Under the pieces are notes generated by a model. That model was not told the DNA's origin, ran no database searches, and saw only the letters and a program-made list of their open reading frames with translations. A program made the translations under genes and the position numbers. From Phoronis australis (Eukaryota > Animalia > Phoronida), in the NCBI GenBank assembly GCA_002633005.1, contig NMRA01000681.1, forward strand, positions 107,857 to 171,856: 64,000 nt of DNA. The letters are read 5' to 3'. Positions 27,601 to 42,278 of the stretch are shown here, piece after piece (position 1 is the stretch's first letter; each line of letters opens with the position of its first letter).

Positions 27601-30600
27601 TTAGTTTTTAGTCATAACTTGACTCTGTAGTAAGATTGTCTGAATCAATATGAATGAATATAAACTGTTTGGTTGTAGTCCATAACATGTAGTAATGCAG
27701 GCACTGATTTCTCAATCTTTCAGATGTAAACATCTTGGTTACAAGTAATTTGGATGTTCCCACCTTTTGAATAATAAGACTGGGTCTTATTCTTCCTTTC
27801 AAACTTGATAACAACTTTTGGTTGTTTTCTAGTACTTTTCTTTGCTATTAAAGATTTCTGGGTAGAATTAAATTCGTAAGTATTGTAATTCCACAATTAA
27901 TAACGAATGCACACAAGCTATTGTAATTTTATTTCTATTTTCAAGTGCCTATGAGCTACTCTGGCTACTGATAATAGAAACCTCACAAAGCATGCGATGT
28001 ACCATATTAATGAGGAAGAATTTTTTGTTGTTAATTTTGAGCAATATAAAGGGGCATTTCTTAGTTGTTTAGATGGCATTGTTTAATTCATCATTTAAGG
28101 GTTTTGGAATTTAGAACATTAACCCACTTATCTAGTTATCATAGCTTCTAACACCAGTACTTAAACTTTGCTCTTATTCTTCAGATGTTTGGCAGTTGTA
28201 AAACTGACTAATCAGTAATCAATGCCTTCCTGAATTGTTCGTTTACTACCCTACAGTTTTACATCGAACCAGACGATTTTAATACTTTCACTTTTGATAT
28301 CTCATGTTTGTACCCCGCTGATTGTTTCTTGTATTTCTGGATGGACTTTCTATGTGTGTGTTGTACTTACATCGTGCTGTCTACATCATGAAGATATGGT
28401 ATCGATTTTTGTTTCAGTGATTATGCATATGTATATTTCACTTAAAGTTACACCTACCTACTTAATTCACATATTTTAAACTCAGTTTCCTGATGTTTAT
28501 TTTACCTGTACTATACCTGATGGTTATAAGATTGTCTGAAAACTTATTGCAGTTTATCAAAAAGTAAAATTATTTGTCACGATAATATATCAATTGGTAC
28601 TCAGGTATTCTCCTCTGTTTCAGGGTATGTGGAGAACGTTCACTCTGCCCATAACAGGGTAGTGCTGATAAATGTCGTGGAGCCTCCTAGCATGCATGGG
28701 GCTACTGGATTTGGAGGTACGGAATACAGTTATCTGGCCCCTCTGTCAAGAAGTGGGTTTATTGATGCCGCGAGGGCTATCACAGTTGCTGAGGGTATAA
28801 CTGCTGCCTGTGATTGCTAGTACTGCATCCTGCATGCACGCTGACATTATGGGCAAAATAATATCTTCCCACCTTGTAACTGCCTAAAACCGGTTGGAAA
28901 AACATGTCAGAAGCCCCGAGTCACTTTGTAGGTCCTCTAATTTTTTACAACTAAAAATGGAAAAGTAAGAACTAGATATGGTTATATTAATGCTAACTTC
29001 TCCTTTTAAAAGACAGCCCACATGGGCCTTTTATTTTTCGGTGTACTGAGTGTTTGGTTTGATGATAGTTATTTGGGAATAGGTATATACATGATCACTT
29101 CGTCAATCAAATTTCACTGCATTCTTTGGGGGTATTAAGCTAAGGCTGTTGGGTGTTGGTGTACATTAGTCAAGCCACCATATTGTGTTTCTTTGACAGG
29201 TTAATACTGTTAGAGCATATTAATAAAGGAAAAGCAGGTGCAAGGTTATTTCTGTTTTCTTCTGTTGTAGTTAACATATTTTTGCTGTTCAAACAATGAG
29301 CAATTTAGTTTTTATTATCCAAAATATCTAAAATGGTTGTTGAAGAATGTTGCCACCAACAGGCAACATTCTTTTACAACTACAGACAACCATTTCAGTT
29401 CCCTAAAAAAGAAGCCTGACACCCTAACCGGTGGAGATTGGGCCGAAACTTGACCAGTTTGCATACCTCGGAATCTGCTGGCATTGATCAAAGGCACCAT
29501 TCTGTTGTAGTTAATTACATTGCCTCGAGCTGCTGATGGTATTGTTCTCTACTAATCAGACCCATCATAAAAACTGAGCATTGATTTTTGTTTTGAAAGT
29601 TTGAAGTATATTTGAATAGTTCGTGAAAAGTACACGTGATTAGGTTTTTGAATTTTGAAAATTGGACAATTACTTTTACAACCTAAGACCTTTGTTTAAT
29701 GTTGCCGTAAAATATGTTCCTCATTAATTTTGCTGGGTGTGCAACATAATTGGGCCAATTACCCAACCAAAAAAGTTGGATTTTGAGGTATGTCAAGTGT
29801 CGTTGTACATGGTGTAGATTGAAAAGGCGTCCCAAATTTGAGAAATATAATCAACGTCAAAAACACCTCTGTCTCAAGCTCCAGTATGAAGAAATCCAAT
29901 TTTTGCCACATTTTTCGTGTCCCATATTCTAGACGGAGACTGCACCAAATAGGACAATTTGTACTGTCAGTGGTGTTTTCTCAATAAAAGTGAATGCAAA
30001 ACCAAGATGGAGGTCTTGTGATGGGTCGCTCATATCACTTTCAACGGAACAGGGCTTAGTACAGAAACGTCCGTATCTCCAAGATAGACCATGGATATGT
30101 ACGTTTATAGTAATCGTAACGTAAAAAACGGTTGTGCTCCCATTTAATATGGCTGGTCAGACTGTTAATTTACAGAATTGAATTAAAAGCCTATCAAATT
30201 AAAATCACATCATAACTTTGCTACCATTTTCAATTCTAACTTTGCTTGTGATCACAACTTCACACTTAAAAAGAGATTATTTTGCCTTGACTTCAGCCTC
30301 TCATTCTCGTTGGCTTGCGCATTATGCACTGAAGCACTACTCAGTTTCTCTTCTCTTCATGGCCTGCATCCTGATGTTGTGTATAAAGTACTGGCATTAA
30401 TCGGTGTCTTCAGTCTTGCCAAACACTAGCACACAGTTCAAGTGGGTGTATTCTGTATTAGCGTGCACTTGAAACCAATTGAATAGGGTGCTAGTAAAAC
30501 GGAAAGTAAAACAAAATGAGAATTTTTGCACAGGTTAATGCACTTGCTTGGCTTAACACCTTCCTAATTTCCTAAATTTTGCCCATGCCCAGTTGTATGC

Positions 30601-33600
30601 CTGCCCTTCATTTACAGTCTGTATGTTTTATTTCTTTAAGAAAACAAATTTTTGTGATTGATTATATTCCACCATGTCCTGTCTGAAAACCTTTGCCTCA
30701 CAATCAGCAAGCTGTCTGCATGTTGCTGATTTTTTTATTTAAACACCCAAATGAATACGGTGTTACTTATTACATGAGTATCTGTATTATTGAAGGATTC
30801 TATTCTTTTAAAAAATAAGTAAACTTCAAAGTCTACCAAAGCTACTTAGTGATTTATGTTGTTTTAGATTAAAGTCCTGCTTACGCTACAAAAGTTTACA
30901 CGTATCGACTGACACAAAACAGAGATGATCAGGTGCAAATATGGGTGTAAACAGAACTTACACCGAGCAAACTGGTGCCATGCTGACAAGTTTTGTCACA
31001 CGTTTGTGAGGTAATTCGCGCCCGATCATCTTGCTCAGTGTCAAGTATACGTCTAAGCGTGAAACTGGGAAAATTAAGGCGAAAGGATCATCTATAGTGG
31101 TCTTGTGCAAAAACGCGCATATATATTGGAGATCATTTTCATACAGTTTCTGCAATTTGCCAGTCAGTCTTTCAGTACCTTGTCTTTTACTACTTTAACC
31201 CTGACCACTATTTGTTGTGTCAAGAAATTGTCAAAATATTACATGCAGTTAGCAGTCAAGACTGGGTTCAATTCAAATGCTTGATTTAAGTACAGTTAAG
31301 GCCTACTGATGAAAGCTGTTAAAACATTCATTGAAGCAAATCTCAATGTCACGAATTACGTAAACTGAGGAAATTAGAAGCACCATAACAACAATAATAA
31401 AAATAAATGGACTGTGAATCCACATTTTGCGTCTTTGCACATGGGCACTCCAAATTCTTGCTTACAACTGCTGCCCTGCCACCATTTCTGAATTGTGTGT
31501 GCGTAAACCGCGGCTTGACACGGATCATCTTGTGCCATGTCAGTTGCACAGTGTCAAAAAGGTGTAATCAGGACTTTAAGTGATATCCTTGAAATAGAAG
31601 TTACATCCCCTGGTAAAATTGTCATTTAATCACCTCATCAGCTGTCCATTAATACTATTTTAGTGCACAGTGTCAGCCTGATATTTTTAACTACATGTTT
31701 ATTGTTTATTTCTTCATTTTGCAGGGTATTTGTAATTAGAGGAGTATTAGTCATCCCAACTTTCAAACTTCTTGGGTTTAGGGCTATTGGTACTTGATGT
31801 GAAATAGTGATATGTCAACAAATTACATTTTATTTGAGTAAAGTTAATGTGTCTCATTGAAATATCTCCAAATTGTTAAATGTAGAGCAGTAGTTACTCA
31901 GTGCAAGCTTGATTGGTTGATAAATCTTAGCCGTGATGACTGCCTTGATTCCTGGTCAATGACTCACTGGGAATTTTTGTAGTCATGGGGAATTTCATGA
32001 TCAGTGTTCAGAATTGTGTCACACTTGTCCATGCGACCTTCATTAGTTTGAAAATATTGGCATTGAGCCCTAATGGTAGTTCCTCTTTCAATGATGTTTA
32101 GAAATGTTAGAAATATGGCATTTAGAAATGAGGTGCACAATAGAAGCAAGTAGTTCCTATTATGCCTCATGCTGCACAAACATGTGAGTTGTACGGTAAT
32201 TTTATGTTATAATTTTATGTGACCTTTATGATTGACAACAACTCCACCTGGTGACATGGGCAAATGTCCAATTAATTATACCAGAATAAAGCTAAGTAGG
32301 TCGTAAATATTCATCACTTATAATTCGTTAGATTTGTCGCACTTTTGAGAGGAACTGGTGAGAATTTTAGTCCGTTTTGATGGCCGGGTTTTCGTACTGA
32401 GTACAGTAACATAAAAAGATTAGACTGGAGGGGCTTGGTGACTCGCCTAAAGTAGGTCTACTAGTAAGTCCAAAGTGAGATGCCATCCAAAGGTATCTGG
32501 AAGAAATAACAATCTCCCAAGACCATTTTAGTGTGGTTTATATACACTATCAAAGGCTTTTATTGTTGATGTCAAATTTAAGTACTGTAAAACCTGGTGC
32601 CCGTGAATTATGAAGCCTGTGGGTAGGCATTTTATCTCAAAACATATTAAACAAGGAGAAAAAATATGTTGTTGCCAGATTTTCTTTATTAAATTACGTG
32701 GAACACTAGACATTAAACGCAGTCTGTTTCACTGTTAATTTTTATTTGGTGAAATGAAATTGCTCCTAGTATCTTACTGTGTCGTGGAGAGTTTGCTGTT
32801 TTTTATTCTCACGATACAGGATACATGAAATTCACTCAGAACATGTAAATCATCAATAGTATAAGTATTAAAATTGAACTCAATGTGGCGCTGTAATGAC
32901 CATGATCTGGCACAGTTTCAATTTGCTAAGAGCTCTGCAATTCCTTGATGTATACTTCTGCCATCTGATATATACTAGATAGATCTTGCCAAGACCGGAA
33001 GTAAACCACTTCTTCCCACAACCTACCATTCTTAAATTATTTAAAATTTTCTGGTGGCTGTTCTTTCATTTCATGACTTCTAATGCTGTGGCTCCAGCGT
33101 CTTTTGCCTAATATGTCTGATTTGATACGCACGTAGATCTCATCAAATGCTACAATTAATTACCTGTAAGTTTATGGCTGCGCCTTACCATTGTCAAATT
33201 ATTTAGGATTTACTGGTGACTAACGTCTGATGCTGGTAGCCATTTCTCAGGCTGCAGCACAGTGAATAACATCTCTGGGTTCACGAACAACATGAATTCT
33301 ATGTTCTTCCTGACCTATCAACATGAAAATTACTGCATACATCGTGTGACCGTATGTATAGATCTTGGCAAAGGCTATCTGAAGTATGTTACTGGTTTCT
33401 CGCTACCACTGTCGACTTATTCAAGGTTTTCTAATTTTGAAATTGATGGCATTGCCCTTTCATTAATTGAGTCTTCAATCATTAACTGTACGTTGATTGC
33501 TGTCATAAGCTCCTCACAAAATTTTCCTTTATACTTCACACAGCCGACTGCAACAATCTCACTAGTTGGCAACAGTAACAGTCTGGCTTAGGCTCGCTCA

Positions 33601-34853
33601 GGTGTTGGGGTAACAAAACCCCAAATGTTAACATGGGAGGTTCTCATGAATTTTTGAAATATGGAATTGTACCCAGAACAGGCTTTTTGTTTACATTAAT
33701 TCAAGAAATTACCTAAAGATTTTGGAGGGGAAAACTGTTAATTTTACAGGTTCAGTTGTAACTATGGACTTATAGGATACTTTTTTCGTAGAATTTCTCA
33801 GCCACCAGTGTTGCTATGAGTAGTGCTCAGGGTGTGTAGGACTGTAGAAAACGATGTGCAAGTTTGGCTACCTTGGAACACTGACTGTTAGGATTCGTGT
33901 GAAACTTTCAAATACTGTTGGTCCCAGCTGGAGGTTGACGTCTAGTTGATTGTTTAGCTAAGCTAGCTGTTCTTGAGAAATTAGCCCAGAAAGAGATGGA
34001 TAATCCATTAAGTTATTAAGGCTCAGTAGTTTATTTTATGTGTGACAACCTGTATTGTGTATGGTGCTCATCATATACTGGTATGCACCTGGTACTTCAC
34101 TTGTTTTTGTAGCTGCTGCTTACGAATGGAAGAGAGAATGTGATCACAGGATGGCAAAAGCCAAAGAACTGCAAAGCCAGTTTGCATCGAAAATGAAAGA
34201 AGCTGGTGTAAGTAAGAATGTGATTGAATGGTTTTGGTTAGTCATGCGGAAAAGTCATATTGATAGGGTATAGACATATTTTGGTTAGTCATGCGGAAAA
34301 GTCATATTGATAGGGTATAGACATATTTTGGTTAGTCATACGGAAAAGTCATATTGATAGGGTATAGACATATTTCCAGTAGCTAGCGCTTCTCAAGTCT
34401 GTCCAAAATTTGATCGAGCTTTCCTGGAACATATTCTGAATTTGTTGTGGAGACATTCAACTCACCTGAGCGTGCAGCACCTCGTTGTATCCAACCAGTA
34501 AATGAGTTGGGAAGTGCAGATGCAAATCAGTCGGTGGATCCTTCAAGACGACACTTGACTGTAGAAGGCTGCTGATGTTACTTTTGCACTGAAGAGCTAT
34601 ATCTGTAACTTTTTTATTATTTTTTTATTCTTTATTATTCTAGCTCCATGGTAAAGTTGTCTGCTACTGTGATGACAAACCAGGTCATGGCATTTGCAAG
34701 TACGCCAAGTCAGAAAATGTTGACCTGATTGTGGTTGGATCGCGTGGCCACGGAACTCTGCGTCGTACATTCATGGGCAGTCAGAGCGACTATGTGCTTC
34801 ACCACGCCCACATCCCAGTACTGGTGGTGCCCCCTAAGGACAGGCATCATTAA
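24623..34853 (+). CDS. Universal stress protein family gene (USP-2); exons 24623-24761, 28624-28716, 34113-34207, 34644-34853 (178 aa)
   Basis: MSDQNVSGQDQNVHDEHHVTHDEQPEFTHNILIAVDASDYSVFAFN|WYVENVHSAHNRVVLINVVEPPSMHGATGFG|AAAYEWKRECDHRMAKAKELQSQFASKMKEAG|LHGKVVCYCDDKPGHGICKYAKSENVDLIVVGSRGHGTLRRTFMGSQSDYVLHHAHIPVLVVPPKDRHH*. All introns are GT-AG and 139+93+95+210=537 nt stays in frame. Confidence 0.92.
34232..34372 (+). repeat. Tandem repeat, 3 x 47 bp, in USP-2 intron 3
   Basis: Unit ttttggttagtcatgcggaaaagtcatattgatagggtatagacata, with one substitution in copy 3. No spacers. Confidence 0.95.
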
Positions 34854-37115
34854 CTACAATGATTAAGTTAGGATTAAGCTTAACCACATGGCATCTGTAT
34901 GGCAGAAAATCATTAATTCAGAAAATGACTTAATCTCCAAAGGATTTGTTTCTAATGGTATGGACATTGCTCATTTGTTCTTGATGTTCTCTTTTTTCTC
35001 TAATTATGCGCTTAGCTTATGAGGCGGAAAACGTTTATTGATTGTATATTTTGCAGTAGCTTAGTGTTTATTTAGGTTTGCACTTCTGGGTCCACAAATT
35101 TTGAGCATGACATACTTTGGAAGTTTGAAGCCCTTTAGCCTTGACCCCCCTCACATGCATGTGCCGCATCTGTGAAGTGCATTTTAGATATAGATCCAAT
35201 TATGTTATCAGTGTTCTCTTTAACATGATTTTCTATTGAATTGCTTCCATTGTAGCTGTTGCTTTGAGGCTATAATTTTGTGATCAGTTGTGTAAATTGT
35301 TGATCTTGGCTTATGAATTGGTAGTTAAGGTCTGCGAGTTAAATGTGAAATTTCGTAAAATATCATAGTGAGTGGCTAATAAAGTTTGATGATGTACTGC
35401 AATATACAGTCAATCTCGCAAATGTTGGATCTAACAGTATCAAGAGATTTTATCCAAGTCCCCTGATGAGCTGTGTGCACTGACAACCCTCTGAATCACT
35501 GCAATAAATTCCTCACAAAACACTTCCAGTTAACAGGAAGTCTCTTCAAATCATCACGTGCATCACAGGAGGTGTAGAAAATATACATGCACTCATAGAT
35601 ATCCTGTTATTATAGTATGTTATCCACGTGAAAAGTTCAACCCATCAGGAGCTGGACGTCACTAGTATTGTTGGGAAATGTTGGGTGCATCACAAATGTG
35701 GGTCAAGACTAGACAAACCCTTGCAGTATGTAGTCTAGGGCTAAATTTGTTTTTTTGTCCTGGGCATTTTGGAAGAGACCAGTTGGACTCCTGCTCAATG
35801 GATGTAAAAACGAGGGAATTTTACGTTTTTGGCTAATTCAATGAAAGAATTTACTGTGGAGGTTTGTCAGAGTGGAGCGAAAATCCAACTTTAGCTTTAT
35901 TGTACTATATTTCATGATGAATTCCTGGTACTCATGTCATTGGTCAATATTTTGTCAATGAAATTGGGACAATCACATGCTTTGTCTTTCTCTTGTATGA
36001 CATGTAGGAAACATACCATTTAATGTACAGGTAGATTTACTTGAGTTTATCTTTGGAAGCAAACACCAACCTCTGTTTTTTCACAATTTACAACTATTTC
36101 AGCAGTCTTCACAGCAGCACTGGCTGAACCATTCTAAGGTTTAATCACTTGCACTGTATTTTCACAAGCAAATGTACTACTGAGCTGAGAGTAATGTCCA
36201 TGTTATTCCTAAGTACTAGTCATTGTCTTAGTATCCTAACTGTTGTGTAGTTGATCACTGTACTGAATGCAGAGAATCTTGTACTATTGTATTTTGAGTT
36301 GCAGTGCTGACAGAAATTGTTAAACAGTTGTGTATGACATTTGAATCCTAATCCAGTCATGCACTACAATCCACAGAAAGAAGAATTCGATCCATGGGCC
36401 TATTTGGTTGATCCAATGCAGTTTGTACAGCTGGTTTATGTTTTTTAACTTTCTCTCGATGAACATTAGACACCACTTTCAGTTTAACTTGGGATCTCTC
36501 TATCCGCTTTTTTCTTACGTGGGGTATTTTTCTCCTATTAATGGGTAAGGGGAAGGGTACACCCGGCCTGAGACCAATGAGCTGATAAAAAATCTTAATA
36601 GATTGTTCACTATAATAAAATTGAAGTACTTCTTTATATTATTTAATTAGGAATCACTATGTTCTGGCCTTCTTGGCCAACAACAAACATTTTTTTACCA
36701 TTTGTTTACTCTAAAGTAAAATGCTCCGCTTTGCACGGTTAGTGACAGTCCTGGGTTGAGTTCCGTAGACGCAGGAATCTCGAAATTGAAGGAGGTTAGT
36801 ATCATCACGTGCTTTGATTATAAGATATGGTGATTATCTCGTGACTAAAATATTGTGTAATCTTGGCTTTCGCGAGGGGCTCGCCGCTATAGGGAACGCA
36901 TGCCTGGTATCTCATGGAGCTATCCGTGGCTGCTCGGTCAATGTGTTACAAGGTCGTTCTACCAACCTCAGTCGTAAGATACTCGTAAAAAATAGTGTAA
37001 TTACGTGCTTCGCTTGTAATGCATGGCGATATAGTATCGTAGACTTGTGTGATCGTTTGTGTGAGATTCTTGCGTCTTCGTCAGGAAAGTTCTGGCAGCC
37101 CGCGCCCAGGTGTTC

Positions 37116-40100
37116 GCCAAATTATTTCAGTGAGGTACAGTTTTGATGCACATCAACTTCCTGCATGCCATTTATCCAACTTAAAGTCTGCTTAGATGCC
37201 AGTTTTGTGTTTAAGGTGAGACTTATGAGATATTTTATGACCCGTTACGTGATGAACGGGGATTAGTATTCGAAGCTAGTCAAATTGTTTTCGTATTTTT
37301 GTATTGATTTGCTTAACGTGGGCAGTGCATGTGGAATTTTCATTTCCGCGCATTTCGCGGGTAAAAATTTCTGTGTTGTGATTTGGCAGCAACACGAAGA
37401 ATAAAGCCGTTTTCGTATACTCCCCGATTACTTATATCCATCATTCCGGCATTCCGCCGTGTGAAACGGTACCTCCCAACAAAGGCGGTGTCCGTGTTTT
37501 TACTAGTTAAGTTTTCCACTGTTAGTTGATGAGCAACGAAATCTGCCGGTGGGCCAACCTTCCAAAAATTTTTGGATGCATTTCAATTTCTGTAAGTCCG
37601 TGAGAAAAGTCTAGAAATACACTAGCATCGCACGACGCGCCCGAACGTGAACGTAAGTTCACGTAAGCCTGTAATGGAGAAATGGCGCGCCTTTGAGATA
37701 GCCAAGAAATGAGCATGTTGTTCTCTATTTCTTTAATTTCGTTCCTTACAGGTTATCAAAATGATTGCGTACTTGGTGACGTACCATAAACTCAATATGC
37801 GTTGTATTGACCTCAGACAGACTTGTTTTATATATCTGAGTATTAACTGAGAAAAAACTTCATGACATGACATCGCCTGGGTTCCAGGCTGTGGAGGACG
37901 TCACGTGCTGCTACCGAACAGGAAAACCACCATCAGCTCCGCCTCCCACCCAACACGGCCGCTAAAATCAACAATCATATGAGCGAATCGCCAAGGTGGC
38001 GGCAACCACAAGACAGAAGTCCGATTTATTACTTGAATGATTATTTACGAAAGTGATACACAGATACACATACATTTATTACATCTCAGGCTTGGCTGAT
38101 TAATTATGGTCACACACATTATATACATTTATTACTGTTATTACTGTACTTATTCCAAGTTTCTGATTGGCTGATTAATTACGGTAATAAATATTTATAA
38201 CAGTAATAAATGTTTATTACCGTAATACATGATTAATCATTGTGATTGGCTGAACCGGTGAAGCGCCCATCACCTAGCGCCCATATGCCTGTCAGACCGT
38301 AATATTCCAATAAGTAACTCTTGTTGCAGCCAAATAATTTCGGCCAAGAACAAATTAATGTAATCTACACGTGTACATGCAGTGGGAAGTTGTTGATAAT
38401 TTTGGTGTATATTAAGCTTATTCTGCCATATAAAAGAATACGCTTTAGAGAATGGGGTATGTCGGCGACTGAGAGGAACGTTGCTTACATGTATATGTGA
38501 AAAGTTACGACTACGAGGACTTTCACTCTGTATTGGGTCACATTGATGTGAGGATAAGTTGTTCAAGAATTTGAAAGCAAAAAGAAAATTTCAGTCCCAC
38601 TGGAAATGGTCTCGGGTCATTTCCTGACTTTCTGCTCATCACTAAAATGCAAATAAGGAAATGTAATGGGTTAAACTTAACTCGAATGAATGAACTGCCT
38701 CGAACCTTTCCACTTGACGTAAAAAATAATTTCAGTCCACAGAGCACCAGCAAAGTAAAAGGAGAATCGACCCTCAATGGAAGATCATCGCAGTGGAAAT
38801 TTTAAACAGGTTCGTGAGAGATAATTTCGTGATTTCAATATTTAAGGAGAATTTAGGAACTGCTAAGCTTTCTGAAACAGTGAACCATTTTGTGAAATTC
38901 ATATTGAACACATGTAAACATGAAATAACCCGGAGTTTTTTTTGTTTTTTTTTTTAATTAATACCACAAAAAAATAAGGTACTTCACTTACGTGTTGTCG
39001 TGAATGAATGGAATTTATCGTTTTACGGCCGAAAAACGCATTTTTGAGATAACTGGATGGTGTAGACATTTGGAAGTTAGTAGCTTTAAGCAGTGCTACA
39101 AGACAATAAAATCTGTTGTTTTTGTGATTTTATTGGAAATCGCCAATTTCTGCCGTTGTCTGCCAAGCACACGCCGAAATCGAGACCGGTGACTTTACCA
39201 GGCTTAATTTAATCTGGCTTTGATCCAGTAGAAATTAGCTCGGCCAGCAGTCGCCGTCTGATTACCAGTGAGAGTTCCAGTTTCGATTCCGNNNNNNNNN
39301 NNNNNNNNNNNNNNNNNNNNNNNNNNNNNNNNNNNNNNNNNNNNNNNNNNNNNNNNNNNNNNNNNNNNNNNNNNNNNNNNNNNNNNNNNNNNNNNNNNNN
39401 NNNNNNNNNNNNNNNNNNNNNNNNNNNNNNNNNNNNNNNNNNNNNNNNNNNNNNNNNNNNNNNNNNNNNNNNNNNNNNNNNNNNNNNNNNNNNNNNNNNN
39501 NNNNNNNNNNNNNNNNNNNNNNNNNNNNNNNNNNNNNNNNNNNNNNNNNNNNNNNNNNNNNNNNNNNNNNNNNNNNNNNNNNNNNNNNNNNNNNNNNNNN
39601 NNNNNNNNNNNNNNNNNNNNNNNNNNNNNNNNNNNNNNNNNNNNNNNNNNNNNNNNNNNNNNNNNNNNNNNNNNNNNNNNNNNNNNNNNNNNNNNNNNNN
39701 NNNNNNNNNNNNNNNNNNNNNNNNNNNNNNNNNNNNNNNNNNNNNGCCAAATTATTTCAGTGAGGTACAGTTTTGATGCACATCAACTTCCTGCATGCCA
39801 CTTATCCAACTTAAAGTCTGCTTAGATGCCAGTTTTGTGTTTAAGGTGAGACTTATGAGATATTTTATGACCCGTTACGTGATGAACGGGGATTAGTATT
39901 CGAAGCTAGTCAAATTGTTTTCGTATTTTTGTATTGATTTGCTTAACGTGGGTAGTGCATGTGGAATTTTCATTTCCGCGCATTTCGCGGGTAAAAATTT
40001 CTGTGTTGTGATTTGGCAGCTACACGAAGAATAAAGCCGTTTTCGTATACTCCCCAATTACTTATATCCACCATTCCGCCGTGTGAAACGGTACCTCCCA

Positions 40101-41903
40101 ACAAAGGCTGTGTCCGTGTTTTTACTAGTTATAAATTTTCCACTGTTGTTGATCAGCAACGAAATCTGCCTGTGGTGCCAACCTTCCAAAAAATTTTGGA
40201 TGCATTTCAATTTCTATAAGTCCGTGAGAACAGCTAGAAATACACTAGCATCACACGGTGCGCCCGAACGTGAACGTAAGCCTGTAATGGAGAAATGGCG
40301 CGCCTTGAGAAGATAGCCAAGAAATGAGCATGTTCTCTGTTTCTTTAGTTTTGTTCCTTACAGGTTATCAAAATGATTGCGTACTTGGTGACGTACCATA
40401 AACTCAATATGCGTTGTATTGACCTCAGACAGACTTGTTTTAAATATCTGAGTATTAACTGAGAAAAAACTTCGTGACATGACATCGCCTGGGTTCTAGG
40501 CTGTGGAGGACGTCACGTGCTGCTACCGAACAGGAAAACCACCATCAGCTCCGCCTCCCACCCAACACGGCCGCTAAAATCAACAATCGTATGAGCGAAT
40601 CGCCAAGGTGGCGGCAACCACAAGACAGAAGTCCGATTTATTACTCGAATGATTATTTACGAAAGTGATACACAGATACACATACATTTATTACATCTCA
40701 GGCTTGGCTGATTAATTATGGTCACACACATTATATACATTTATTACTGTACTTATTCCAAGTTTCTGATTGGCTGATTAATTACGGTAATAAATATTTA
40801 TAACAGTAATAAATGTTTATTACCGTAATAGATAATTAATCATTGTGATTGGCTGAACTGGTGAAGCGCCCATCACCTAGCGCCCATATGCCTGTCAGAC
40901 CGTAATATTCCAATAAGTAACTTTTGTTGCAGCCAAATAATTTCGGCCAAGAACAAATTAATGTAATCTACACGTGTACATGCAGTGGGAAGTTGTTGAT
41001 AATTTTGGTGTATATTAAGCTTATTCTACCATAAAAGAATACGCTTTAGAGAATGGGGTATGTCGGCGACTGAGAGGAACGTTGCTTTACTTACATGTAT
41101 ATGTGAAAAGTTACGACTACGAGGACTTTCACTCTGTATTGGGTCACATTGGTGTGAGGATAAGTTGTTCAAGGTATTTGAAAGCAAAAAGAAAATTTCA
41201 GTCCCACTGGAAATGGTCTCGGGCCATTTCCTGACTTTCTGCTCATCACTAAAATGCAAATAAGGAAATGTAATGGGTTAAACTTAACTCGAATACATGA
41301 ATGAACTGCCTCGAACCTTTCCACTTGACGTAAAAAATAATTTCAGTCCACAGAGCACCAGCAAAGTAAAAGGAGAATCGACCCCTCAATGGAAGATCAT
41401 CGCAGTGGAAATTTTAAACAGGTTCGTGAGAGATAATTTCGTGATTTCAATATTTAAGGAGAATTTAGGAACTGCTAAGCTTTCTGAAACAGTGAACCGT
41501 TTTGTGAAATTCATATTGAACACATGTAAACATGAAATAACCCGGAGTTTTTTGTTGTTTTTTTTTTAATTAATACCAAAAAAACATCAGGTACGTCACT
41601 TACGTGTTGTCGTGAATGAATGGAATTTATCGTTTTACGGCCGAAAAACGCATTTTTGAGATAACTGGATGGTGTAGACATTTGGAAGTTAGTAGCTTTA
41701 AGCAGTGCTACAAGACAATAAAATCTGTTGTTTTTGTGATTTTATTGGAAATCGCCAATTTCCGCCGTTGTCTGCCAAGCACACGCCGAAATCGAGACCG
41801 GTGACTTTACCAGGCTTAATTTAATCTGGCTTTGATCCAGTAGAAATTAGCTCGGCCAGCAGTCGCCGTCTGATTACCAGTGAGAGTTCCAGTTTCGATT
41901 CCG
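37116..41903 (+). repeat. Direct duplication of ~2.2 kb (37116-39291 vs 39746-41903) flanking a 454-N gap; probable haplotype artefact
   Basis: Copy 2 begins right after the gap with the first bases of copy 1 (gccaaattatttcag), and copy 1 ends at the gap (tttcgattccg). The copies differ by scattered SNPs and small indels. Confidence 0.9.
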
Positions 41904-42278
41904 CACTGGGGCTGATTTCATTAACCACTTCGACGATACCTAAAACCACGATACTGGCAAGAAAAGGTACTTTGATTTCGTGCTTCTTTTGTGATGCATT
42001 GCAATATTTCGCGACCACTTCCGTGGTCTTACATTTTGGCGAGATTCACGCGTCTCGGGTATTGTACGCCTCCCATTCATTGCCATGAAACACAAGAAGC
42101 CTTTGAATTCCAGCAACACGCTTAGATGTCGGTGAACTTTCGCCTATTTTTCTCACTGACCTCCTTTGGGGTGACCTCGTCGGTTGCGGATTGAGAATGG
42201 GCATGCGAAGTATTTTCTCGGCAAACAACGTATTAGTCTAATTGGAGCTGCAGTCCCGAGCAGGCGTACTCCAATAGT

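Noticed and set aside
34232-34372. Regular 47-bp repeats as a CRISPR array
   Set aside because: Head-to-tail copies with no unique spacers, in a eukaryotic intron, with no cas genes.
39262-39825. Long ORFs of 162 and 185 aa
   Set aside because: They consist almost entirely of N-gap translation.
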